Positions 45,136 through 58,781 of a stretch of DNA of 64,000 bases are shown here, piece after piece. Made by a program: the position numbers and the translations under genes. The first letter of the stretch is position 1. Each line of letters begins with the position of its first letter. This stretch comes from Eledone cirrhosa (Eukaryota). The notes beneath the pieces are model-generated. The model did not search any database. It saw only the letters and a program-made list of their open reading frames with translations, and had not been told where the DNA came from. Location of the stretch: the NCBI GenBank assembly GCA_964016885.1, contig OZ024756.1, positions 3,100,001 to 3,164,000 on the forward strand. The letters run 5' to 3'.

Positions 45136-46212
45136 AAAAGAATGAAACAAAATTTCATTTCTCACTCTTAGTACGGCTGATACTTAAATGTAAGTATGTA
45201 TGTATACGTACATACATATATGTATACAGACGTACAGTAGTATGTATATATATATATACATACATGCACACATATAGATATATGTACGTATGGGTTTACC
45301 GAACATTTATTATAATGTTCGGTTTGTTTGTAAACCAACAGCCCGAATTAAGCCGTACAGGAAACCATCGTCGCCTTTTTGTTCAACACTGTCACAGGAA
45401 CGATGTACTAGTTTCAAGCTTATTAGCTATCGTCAGCATCGTATACCAGATGATTGACCGTCTGAAAGTATATACTTTCCTTATGCATATTAACGGCTGA
45501 GCAGCCTAATTTGCATATCGAGTGAGTTAGTCGATATAAGGAAAAAAGATGAAATCGAAAATTCAACTGGAGTCTTATTTAAAAAAATATATATATATTT
45601 ATTTGGTTCCTTTACCGGTTTCGCAGTTCTTCTGATTTTCAAAAGGAGAGTTGAGATGGGGGGGTTGTGGTTTTTCTCACATCTGGTTGGTCTTTGAATG
45701 TTACTTGTTTTTTATGGAAAAAAGTGGCTCGATACGCCAGGTTTTTAGAGAAGTAATTTGATTGGTTGGTGAATAAGTATAATACATTTCGCGCCACTTC
45801 GCGTTATAACATCCTTCAAACAAGGGGGGGGGGGGGGTTCAGGTTATTTTTTCAAATATGTGAAGTTTGTTTGGTTGATGTAGTCACGTGAATAAGCACG
45901 TAATCTTTCGCGCCAGTTTGTTTGAATTTCTTTTCACTTAAAGAAAAGATGGCTCACGAAGGCTTATTTAGTAAAAAGAAATTCAAGCACGTGACTTCTA
46001 CCGACCAATCAAAATTATAGTGCTTATTCACGTGACATTCAACAACCAACCAAATCATGAACCCTCTATCTCAAAATTATTTTTGAAAAGCATTTGAAAT
46101 GCGTAACCGGTAAAAAAAACTTAAAACTGAATACTAGCCATTACTTATTACTAATTTATACTTATTCCTAATTAAACTTATTCCTGATTTTCACTGGAAA
46201 AAATCCTTTTTA

Positions 46213-46268
<56 letters not shown>

Positions 46269-46738
46269 GTGTGTGTGTACGTACCCATATATATTTATGT
46301 ATGAAGAGATAGAAAGATGATAAGAACACAAATATTATATATATATATATATATATATAAGTAGGTGACGTGACATATCCGAAATATATACTGTATGATA
46401 ATGCATTGAGAAATATGCACCTAGTGTGTACCTCATTGTTAATAGCAGCGAAAATAAGAAAATAAAGGTCGCTAAAAGAAAATAATTTTAGATGTATATG
46501 ATAATTATGAAGAAGATATTTAGAAATGTTTTATAAATGTTATCTCTATACTGATAACGGTTGTAGACATAGTTATAAAGGTCAGTAGCATGTTAATCAA
46601 AGTTACAGAGCATAGTATCAAATATATATAGTAGCATAGACTTAGTAAGTTCACTTAGCAATGTGACTAAACATACAAAAAAAGGATTGAAACACGTAAC
46701 ACTAGATTAATCTCTCTCTTCTCTCATATATATATATA

Positions 46739-46765
<27 letters not shown>

Positions 46766-46774
<9 letters not shown>

Positions 46775-46979
46775 TAAAATAACAGATTAAAGTTTAAGCA
46801 AAGAATCGCTGCTTTCACCCTTAACGGGATCTTCTGAAACTAAAAAAAATCAATGTGAACGCAGAAGTAAATATTTACTTCTGCGTTCACAGATTAATTT
46901 TTTTAGTTTCGGAAGATACCGTTAAGGGTGAAAGCAGCGATTCTTTGCTTAAACTTTAATCTGTTATTTTAATAAATAT
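46766..46979. mobile_element. Fold-back element with two hammerhead-like motifs altered at core position 4
   Basis: AGTTT-C(G/A)GAAGA-T(A/C)CCGTTAAGGGT-GAAA-GCAGCGATTCTTTGCT-T-AAACT at 46791-46841 (minus) and 46905-46955 (plus). Confidence 0.7.
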
Positions 46980-47332
46980 TTGCTCTACGGTTCTTATATA
47001 TTTGAGATATATTTATCCTTATCGAGCCCTCTTTGGATTTTAGTCTTCAAATTTATTATTATTACTGTATATATATATATATAAGCAAAGAGATATTTAA
47101 TTTGTTGGTTATTCAACAAATTTATTTATAACAGATTCGAAGCACTTTACAGGTTTTCTGGAGTATAATATCAATGATATTAATAAATGGAAACTATATT
47201 TATAAAACCATATTTATTTTATTATATATATATATATATATACATTTGTTTTATAAATGGTGACATGCCCAAGAAATCACACCGATAAGGTCTGGTTTCT
47301 TGGGTATGTCACCATTTATAAAACAAATTTTG

Positions 47333-47393
47333 TATTTTATCTGATGAGGGCGTACCAAAATGTTGGTACTCTTGAAATATATATAGTAAAATA
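47333..47393 (+). ncRNA. Type I hammerhead (ATATATAT family)
   Basis: TATTTTAT-CTGATGA-GGGCGTACCAA..TTGGTACTCTT-GAAA-TATATAT-A-GTAAAATA. Confidence 0.8.
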
Positions 47394-47469
47394 AATATGG
47401 TTGTATAAATATAGTTTATACAACCATTTATTAATATCATTGATATATATTGATATATATGTGTGTGTG

Positions 47470-47557
<88 letters not shown>

Positions 47558-47658
47558 AGTTTAAGAATAAAGGAACAAAGAATCAGTGTTGCATCATAAC
47601 ATATTTAATAACATATTACATATGTTTTACTGTCGGGTGCAATTATCTTGCAACTATA

Positions 47659-47689
<31 letters not shown>

Positions 47690-47694
<5 letters not shown>

Positions 47695-48544
47695 AAAATT
47701 GTCATAAAAACACTTATTAGGAAGACATACCCGTTCCAAAGACCCTCATGTATAGATAAGAAATGTATAACCTGTAACATAAGCCCCCATATTAACTGTA
47801 AAACTAGAAATGTAGTGTATAGCATAAGATGTACTGAAGGACAATGTAGAAACAAAAATATAGTGTACATAGGTGAGACAGCTCGTAGTATAGGGGAACG
47901 GATAAATGAACACTGGCGAGACCTTCAAGATAATAAATAATCATCTGTACTCTACCAACATGCTAAGATAGAGCACAAGGTTAAATTAGAGAACATAGAA
48001 ATAAAAATAGAATCCACACACAGAAAAGATGCAATGTTTAGGCAAATTACAGAGGCAGTAAGCATAAAAGAATTACAACCAAAATTAAATAGAAAATATG
48101 AGTGGAACAGCAACATCACAACTTACAATTAAGGACAAAATGAGAACACACACACACATAGAACAAACAACCAACCAACAACATGTAAATAAATAAACAA
48201 ATAGATAAATGAACACAAACACACACAGACACCCGGATGTGGCGCATGCGCAAACTGAGCACACAACACACACACAGAAACAAAATGGCGTAGGACAGAA
48301 GAAAGGAAAGGCACAGAAACGAAGAAAGGAATCCCCAGTCACTGAAGAAGTCACAGAGTGTGTGACGAAAGGACTATGACTATATATAAACAACTATCTG
48401 GTTGTGGAACCAACCAACCAACCAGAAATTTATAGGTTTGTAGATTTGTAAATTTATAAATTTATAAATATATAATAAATTAAAGTGAAAGCAACTGGTG
48501 CGTGTGTTTCTTATTGGCAACATGACCCTCCCAAAGAATAACAA

Positions 48545-48546
<2 letters not shown>
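47690..48546 (+). mobile_element. 5'-truncated Penelope-like element: GIY-YIG remnant plus 3' UTR with HHR (48337-48381)
   Basis: CITCNISPHINCKTRNVVYSIRCTEGQC..VYIGETARSIGERINEH..RQITEAVSIKELQPKLNRKYEWN; AGTCA-CTGAAGA-AGTCACA..TGTGAC-GAAA-GGACT-A-TGACT; in (TA)n. Confidence 0.9.
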
Positions 48547-48635
<89 letters not shown>

Positions 48636-48683
48636 CTGTCGAAACGGCCGGAGCACAGCTGTCGGGGTCCCGACTCTTTTCCC

Positions 48684-48742
<59 letters not shown>

Positions 48743-48912
48743 TGAGGTTGGTTTAGGTGAGGTTGATTTAGGTGAGGTTGGTTTCTCATTTCAATTTATA
48801 CTTTTAATTTTTATGTTTTTCCTATGCCTCTAGTAGCATTATTCTCTTCACGCTGGTGGTTTGAAATTCCTGTAAAGAAAAACACACTCTTCTCTGTCTT
48901 TCCCCTCTATAT

Positions 48913-48974
<62 letters not shown>

Positions 48975-49097
48975 ATATAGAAAAGGGTTCTACAGGATTA
49001 GAACTGTTTCATTCGGGAGAAATCAGCATACATATAACATGACCAACGGAATACATACGTGTATGCTTTTTTCTTCCCAATTCTTTTTTTTTATATA

Positions 49098-49162
<65 letters not shown>

Positions 49163-49203
49163 GCGTGTATATATATATATATGTATATATATATGTGTGT
49201 GTG

Positions 49204-49282
<79 letters not shown>

Positions 49283-49287
49283 GTATA

Positions 49288-49337
<50 letters not shown>

Positions 49338-49341
<4 letters not shown>

Positions 49342-49632
49342 GGAGGTGAGTTTTATTGTAGTACAATAAAGCAATGCAGATATCGGATAAGAAGCACTGT
49401 ACAGTTTGTAGGACTGGAGTATACATAATATATAAGGTCAAAAGATGGTTAAATGAGTTCCATGTATTTTATTATGCGCATTTCAAAAACAAATATCATC
49501 ATGCAATAACATTTGTGTTTTCATCAGATCAAATTTTATATGATGAAAACACAAATGTTATTGCATGATGATATTTGTTTTTGAAATGCGCATAATAAAA
49601 GACATGGAACTCATTTAACCATCTTTTGATCT

Positions 49633-49645
<13 letters not shown>
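49338..49645. mobile_element. Fold-back HHR element (ATGCGCAT stem III family)
   Basis: HHRs at 49467-49533 (minus, intact core) and 49534-49600 (plus, C3A); same family at 61861-62375. Confidence 0.8.
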
Positions 49646-49712
<67 letters not shown>

Positions 49713-51010
49713 GTAAAGCCTGGAGGTTATATCTGTAGTATGTAGAGCACTCAGTCCAAATGACGAGTTCGGTAGTTCCAAAACAAATTAGCAAATCTTA
49801 TTGAAGGACGTGTGTTTCACCGAACGTGTTCCGTTCTTACTGCAGCCATTACGGCAGCCATACAGGGGTTGAAAAACCGTTCGGTGAAGCGCAATGTCTG
49901 ATGTAGCAGGTATCGCTGGCTGTTCTCCGTATACAGCCTAGTATGTCGGTGGGGAGACTAACATTCCTTCTTTCTTTTCTTCTTTTATCATTCTGTGATT
50001 TTCTTTTTTCTTCTGGTTTATCATCGAAATCCGGTTTGACATTAAACAACAAACATGAACACCGCAGAGAGAGGGGGGGTCGTGCAGAGAGGGGGGGTGG
50101 AAGAGAGAGGTGCAGTGAGAGAGGAGGAGAAAAAGTGAGAGAAAGGTGAGAGGGTGTAATAGGGAATGAAAAAGAGAGAGAGAGAGAGAAATGGCAATAG
50201 GGAGGAGGGAGTGTGAGAGACAGAGGGAAGAAGAGAGAGAAAGGGTGAGGGCGAGAGAGAGGGGAGGGGGAGGAAGATGGAGAAAAAAAGAGAAGGCAAG
50301 AGGGAGTGAGAAAGAGAGAGAGAGAGAGAAAGGGTAGGGGCAAGAGGGCGAGAGAGAGAGAGGAGGAGAGGGAGAGGGAGATAGAAAGAGAGAAGGCAAG
50401 AGGGAGTGAGAAAGAGAGAGAGAGAGAGAAAGGGTAAAAGGGAGGAGGGTGTGTGAGAAACAGAGGGAAGAAGAGAGAGAAAGGGTGAGGGTAAGAGGGC
50501 GAGAGAGAGGAGGGGGAGGGAGATGGAGAAAGATAAATTGAGGGCAAGAGGGAGTAAGAAAGAGAGAGAGGGGATGAGAGAGAGTAACTTATATCAAAGG
50601 TGATATATTTTTAAGAAACGATATCACATTACCAAAATACCTTGCGGTATTTGTATTCTTTACATTAGGTTCTGGTTAAAGATGGCGGCATTAAGGTCTT
50701 CTTTGATTCTTTTTGGTTTTCCCGGGATTCTCCCAGAAATATATATAGTTGTTTATTTTATAAATAAAATTTAGTAAGAAAAAAAAAAAAAGGGGAAACA
50801 AAGGGAAAGAAAGAATAGGGAAATATAGAGAAAAAGAGAGGAAGAAAGAAGAAAAGAACGGGAAGGGGAGGGAAGGCAAGAGCTCTGGTGTTGTAGAAGA
50901 GATATGGGGAGGGGGAGGGAGGGTGACTGGGATTTGGGCCTAGAGCAAGAGAGCAGAAGTGCTGCGCCCCGATGACAAGACGGTAAAAGCATTCTCCCGG
51001 ACAATGGCCA

Positions 51011-51740
51011 GTGACACCCGCTGCAGCAGTCACCCGACCTTGAGGGGTTCTCTCCCTCCTCAGACGGGCCGCCGACGTTCCTAACTTGCGGAGGGGTGAC
51101 ACCCACTGCAACGGCCACCCAACCTTGTAGGGCTCCCTCCTCAGACGGGGCACAGATGCTCCGATCTTGCGGAGGCATGACACCCACTGCAACGGCCACC
51201 CAGCCTCGTGGGGCTCCCTCCTCAGACGGGGCACAGATGCTCCGATCTTGCGGAGGGGTGACACCCACTGCAACGGCCACCCAACCTCGTAGGGCTCACT
51301 CCTCAGACGGGGCACAGATGCTCCGATCTTGCGGAGGCGTGACACCCACTGCAACGGCCACCCAACCTCGTAGGGCTCCCTCCTCAGACGGGGCACAGAT
51401 GCTCCGATCTTGCGGAGGCGTGACACCCACTGCAACGGCCACCCAACCTTGTAGGGTTCCCTCCTCAGACGGGGCACAGATGCTCCGATCTTGCGGAGGG
51501 GTGACACCCACTGCAACGGCCACCCAACCTTGTAGGGCTCCCTCCTCAGACGGGGCACAGATGCTCCGATCTTGCGGAGGCGTGACACCCACTGCAACGG
51601 CCACCCAACCTTGTAGGGTTCCCTCCTCAGACGGGGCACAGATGCTCCGATCTTGCGGAGGGGTGACACCCACTGCAACGGCCACCCAACCTCGTAGGGC
51701 TCCCTCCTCAGACGGGCCACCGATGCTCGGATCTTGCAGA
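51011..51740. repeat. 81-bp GC-rich tandem repeat, 8 copies plus a degenerate leading copy
   Basis: Units start at 51096, 51177, 51258 and so on to 51663. Confidence 0.95.
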
Positions 51741-52044
51741 GGAGGGCGGCAATACGGGGTCCAAGTACGCCTGAGAAATAGCAACCAAATCCCCCAACAA
51801 TCCACTCACTAAGTCATTGAGATAATTGTTCCTACTTTTTGGCACAAGGTCAGCAAAAACCCAGTGTATTACTGGTACTTTATTTTATTGACCCCGTAAG
51901 GATGAAAGGCAAAGTTAACCTCGGCATTGTGATAATGTAAGCCTCCTACATACAGCGTTCATTTGTAGGAATGGTCGTGGCTGGACTGTCTTTCTTTGTA
52001 CGTCTGCTCTGTTAGTAAACATTCAACAAGAGCAACAACAATAA

Positions 52045-52080
52045 ATACTACTACTACTGGTGCTGGTGCTGCTACTACTG

Positions 52081-52118
<38 letters not shown>

Positions 52119-52284
52119 GCTACTGCTACTGCTGCTGCTAATAATGCTGCTGCTGCTGCTGCTACTCCCACCACCATCACAACCACCACCACTACCACAA
52201 CCACTACCACCACCACCACTACCATTACTACTATCACTATCACCACCACTACCACTACTACTACCACCACCACTACCACAACCA

Positions 52285-52316
<32 letters not shown>

Positions 52317-53027
52317 GACACTACCACCACCACTACCACTACTACTACCAATACCACCACCACTACCACTACTACCACTACTACTACCACTACCACCACC
52401 ACTACCACCACTACCATTACTACTACCACCACCACCACAACTACTACCACTACTATCACTACTACTACCACTACCACCACCACTACCACCACTACTATCA
52501 CTACTACTACCACTACCACCACCACTACCACCACTACCACTACTACCACCACCACCACCATAACCACTACCACTACTACCACTACTACTACCACTACCAC
52601 CACCACTACCACCACTACCACTACTACTACCACTACCACCACCACTACCACCACTACCACTACTACTAACACTACCACCACCACTACCACCACTACCACC
52701 ACCACTTCTACCACTACCACTACTACTACCACTACCACTACCACTACCACCACCACTACCACCACCACCACCACCACCACCACTACCACTACTGCTACCA
52801 CTACCACCACCACTACTACCACTACCACCACCACTACCACCACAACCACCACCACCACTACCACTACCACCACCACCACCACCACCGCCACCACCACCAC
52901 CACCACCACTACCAATACTACTACCACTACCACCACCACTACCACCACTACCACCACTACCACTACTACTACCACCACTACTACTACCACCATCACCACT
53001 ACAACTACTACCACCACTACTACTACA
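52045..53027. repeat. (ACT/ACC)n trinucleotide tract
   Basis: Directly visible; source of the poly-T and poly-V ORFs. Confidence 0.97.
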
Positions 53028-53165
53028 AGTATTTTCTCACATTCGTCCTCACACTGAAATCTCAGTCTACGATAGAAAATATGGTTTTCTCATTAAATTT
53101 CCCCCGACACTGATTCTGTCTGTCTGTCAGGCAGTCTGTCTGTCTGGCTGCCTGTCAGTCTGTCT

Positions 53166-54885
53166 GGGGTTTTGTCTCTCTCCTCCCTTCTGTATGTATT
53201 GACTCCCGAGCCACTACTGCGGAAGTTGGAGTTGTTGCAGGGCATCCCTTTGGAACCGAGATTGCGCAAAGCGGTGTCGGCCTACGCCGATGACGTAACA
53301 GTAATGGTGTCGACCACCGCGGAAATCGAGGCAATCGGCACCTTACTGGAGGAGTACGAAAGGTTGACAGGGGCTAAGCTGAACCGGGACAAGTCAGTCG
53401 CTTTGCAACTCGGCGAGTGGAGGGGCAAAGCGATGTCGTCCGACGGTATCGTCAGACGGTGGACGGAGGGCCCGGTGAAGTTGCTTGGGGTCTGGTTCGG
53501 ACCGGACCTCCAGGTGGAGAAAAACTGGGGTGAGGTGACGAATAGGGTGTTTGCACTGACCCAGAAGTGGGCCGAGTGCAAACTATCCCTGAAAGGTCGG
53601 GCGGAGGTGGCGAACGCTTACATAGCGTCCGTCATCTATTACCGCTTGACTGTCGTGCCTTGCCCGGGTGAGATCCTCGCCAAAATGGAGCGCGCTCTCT
53701 TTCATTTCCTTTGGAAGAAGAGGTCTCCTCTGGTGAGGAGATCCATCTGCTGTCAACACCCTTTGAAAGGAGGGCTGGGAATGCCGTGGCTAAAAATGCA
53801 TAAACATGCATTGAGGCTAAGGCACCTCCAGGTATTCCTCACCAGTTAACCGGTGTGGGCCCCGTTTGTGAGGCGAGCCTTCCCGAGGCTCGTCTCGCTC
53901 ACCGAGCTGCAGTCCTGGGTGAAGCAAAGACCGAGAAAAGTGGGCGACTGGCACACCGAGTGTGCCCAGGCGCTCACGGCTCTCTGGCAGGCGGACCCGG
54001 CCATCGGTGGAGACTCCACCTCGTCATTCTATAGAGGGCTGGTGGTTAGCAGGTGCGACGACGCCCTCGGAGAAACCCTAGGCATGGAGAAGGACGAACT
54101 GGTCAGCCTATTCGGTAGGACTTTCAGCCCGGGACCTATGGACAACTTCCAAAAGTCCTTGGCCTGGCAGTGCTACCGAGGGGCTCTGCCCGTTCGGGAT
54201 AAGCTCTACAGACACGGGCGCCCGGGTAGAGACCCCTCGAAAAAGATCTTTCCCAGATACGTGCGCGACGAGGAAACCGTCGCGCACGCATTTGTGCACT
54301 GCCCCGGCGTTGCCGATCTGTGGGGCTATGTCGAACAACTGCTGTCACGGGTGGGACCAATTAGGTTGACCACCGACTCCATTGTAACGATCAAGCCCCC
54401 CCCCCCCCTTCAAAAATGAAGGAGAGGGGTCTTCATCTGTGTAATAGCCATGTTAAAAGAGGTTATATGGTGGACGCGTCTAAAAGGGCTGAGGTGGACA
54501 CCTTTCTTTCCGGCCAACAACTGGTCCTTTTCTTCCGATACCATTTCGGAAGAAGGATCAGGATGGAGAGAGAGGTGCTCCACTCCAGCCAGTTTTATGA
54601 AAGGTGGGTGAAAGTTGCGAGAATGGCCCGTGTGAATGGGCCTTCTCTCTACCTCAGCCTGTAGGTGGAAAAGAAGAAGGGAGCACCCTCTCTTTGTGCT
54701 CTCGTGGAGAAGGGTCGCACATTTGTTTTCGGGGGTGTGTGTGACCCCAAAACGACCCCTCCCTATTGAGGACCTTCTTGTTACAATTTTATTTATTACA
54801 TTTTTCTTACTCGATTTATATGTAAACCCCACCCCCATGTATATGTCCATTTCTTTTGTGCCCTCGTGGCAAATAAACAGAAATT
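53166..54885 (+). mobile_element. 5'-truncated L1/Tx1-clade LINE (RT C-terminal half, zinc-binding region, 3' UTR)
   Basis: SAYADDVTV, GAKLNRDKS, KLLGVWFG, LSLKGRAEV, KGGLGMP, ETVAHAFVHCP; one stop and one frameshift; AATAAA at 54872. Confidence 0.9.
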
Positions 54886-54956
54886 TGTCTGATAGTCTGT
54901 CTGCCGTTTGTCTGGCTGTCCTTTTATCTTTCTGCCTGTCTAACAGTCTGTCTCTC

Positions 54957-55062
<106 letters not shown>

Positions 55063-55262
55063 ATCTACATACATTCTCACTCACTATATTTTACTCCCTC
55101 CTTAATATAGTAGCTAAAGAATTTTAACGTTTCGGAGGTTAATCGTTCATCAGATTATATAGTGAGAAATAAAAAAAGAGCATGTGAAGATGAAGAATCA
55201 ACAAAAATGTTTTGTAGGAAATGCACGTGTGATCAGCCAACCAATATATAGGAACATATACA

Positions 55263-56452
<1,190 letters not shown>

Positions 56453-56470
56453 ATATATATATATATATAT

Positions 56471-56546
<76 letters not shown>

Positions 56547-56641
56547 ATATATATATATATATATATGTATATGTATATATATATATATCCATATATATAT
56601 ATCCATATATATATCCATATATATATATATACATGTGTTCA

Positions 56642-56692
<51 letters not shown>

Positions 56693-57366
56693 GTGTTTAT
56701 GTCTATATATATTTATATATATATATACATATGTTTATGTCTATATACGTGTCAGTATGTGCACGTGTATATGTATGTATACGTGTGTGTGGGGTGTATG
56801 TGTATGTGTGTGTGAGTGTATGTGTGTGTGTGAATGCATGTGTGTATGCGTGTGTGAGTGTATGTGTGTTTATCTGTGTGTATGGGGGGTTAGTGAATGT
56901 GTGTATGTGTATGTGTGTGCGTGTGCGTGCACGTGAGTGTATGAGTGTATGAGTGTGTGTGTGTGGCTGTGAGTGTATGTATGTGTGTTTGTGTGTGTGT
57001 ATGTGTGCACGTGTGTGTGTCTGTGTGAGTGTGTATGTGTGCGTATGTGTGTGTGTGTCTGTGTGAGTGTGTATGTGTGCGTATGTGTGCACGTGGGTGT
57101 CTGTGTGAGTGTGTGTGTGTGGCTGTGAGTGTATGTATATGTGTTTTGTGTATGTGTGCACGTGTGTGTGTCTGTGTGAGTGTGTATGTGTGCGTGTGTG
57201 GCTGTGAGTGTATGTATGTGTATCTGTGCACGTGGGTGTCTGTGTGAGTGTGTGTGTGTGTATGTGTGTGGGAGCCTGTGTAATGAGTCCCGAGACAGAA
57301 GTTGAAACTTTCTAATTAAACAGACCGAAGAAAGAACATGAGATAAGGACTCGGGTATATATTAGG

Positions 57367-57437
<71 letters not shown>

Positions 57438-57824
57438 CTAATATATAGATATATGTACAGAGAGAGAGAGAGAGAGAGGGGGGGGAGAAGGGTAAAGAGA
57501 TAGAGAGAGGGGAGAGAGATAGTAAAAGAGAGAGAGAGAGGGAGGGAGAGAGATAGTAAAGGGATAGGGAGAGAGATAGTAAAGAGATAGAGAGAGAGGG
57601 AGAGAGATAGTAAAGAGATAGAGAGAGAGGGAGAGGGAGAGAGGGAAGGAGAGAGAGGGGGTAGTTGGTGATGAAGTGTGAATTGTGTAAAGGATGTGGT
57701 AAGGAGTGATGTTGATATGACTTGGTTAAAGAGTGTGATTTTATATTTGATGGATAGATTGTAATATGGTTATAGACATACATTTCTATACATGTATATA
57801 TATACATACATTCTACATATATAT

Positions 57825-58781
57825 ACTAGACATGAAAAATGCGCAAGCTCAAAAGTGCCACAGAATGTTATAATAAACCTTCAAAAGTGTGGGACTAGAG
57901 TTGTTGCTAAAAAATATTGTAATCATTATATATCGTACATTCTGTGGCATCCTTTATAAAAATAGCTTAAACCAACGAAGCCTTTATTTTTACGCTATTT
58001 CACTTAGTTAATTCTTAGAGTGTAACATATAAAAATATGATTTACAACTATAAAATAAATTAATTAATATAATAACAGAGCTGCGGAGCTGAAATTTAGG
58101 AAATAATGGAGTATCGGATCCTGAGTTGGAGCCAGTCAATTTTTGGCCGACTCCGCAGCCCTGTATAATACATTTCATATTAAAGTTATTAATAAACCTA
58201 TTTTACACTTCATGCAAATTACCACGAGATATTGATATTAGATATAAGATACAGCGCAATATCTACAGCTGTAAAAGTACGAAAGCGAAGTAATAATAAG
58301 TGGCTTAAGGTAATTCCAATATGAAAGTTTGTAGTGATAAAAATTTGATAATGCAATACGATTGTTAATATTATAGTTCTATGAAAATGTAACAATAGAT
58401 AACTAAATTATTTTACTATTAGTATATTTAAGAAATTATCATTATAGATTTGATCGTTCATATAAGCATCATATTAAGTTTCAACACAATTATTTTGTTA
58501 CTATGAGTATATGATAATAATATTACGTAATTATTTATAGCTGTTATTACATTAAACATAGATGTATTTATTTTTATATGTTACACTCTAAGAATTAACT
58601 AAGTGAAATAGCGTAAAAATAAAGGCTTCGTTGGTTTAAGCTATTTTTATAAAGGATGCCACAGAATGTACGATATATAATGATTACAATATTTTTTAGC
58701 AACAACTCTAGTCCCACACTTTTGAAGGTTTATTATAACATTCTGTGGCACTTTTGAGCTTGCGCATTTTTCATGTCTAGT
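57825..58781. mobile_element. Fold-back element with apparently perfect 213-bp inverted arms
   Basis: 57825-58037 is the reverse complement of 58569-58781; ends ACTAG...CTAGT. Confidence 0.75.
58076..58163. mobile_element. 88-bp hAT-like MITE nested in the fold-back spacer
   Basis: Ends CAGAGCTGCGGAG / CTCCGCAGCCCTG; 8-bp flanks TATAATAA / TATAATAC. Confidence 0.65.

Noticed and set aside
51959-53057. 353-aa poly-Thr and poly-Val ORFs
   Set aside because: Trinucleotide microsatellite with no non-repetitive domain.
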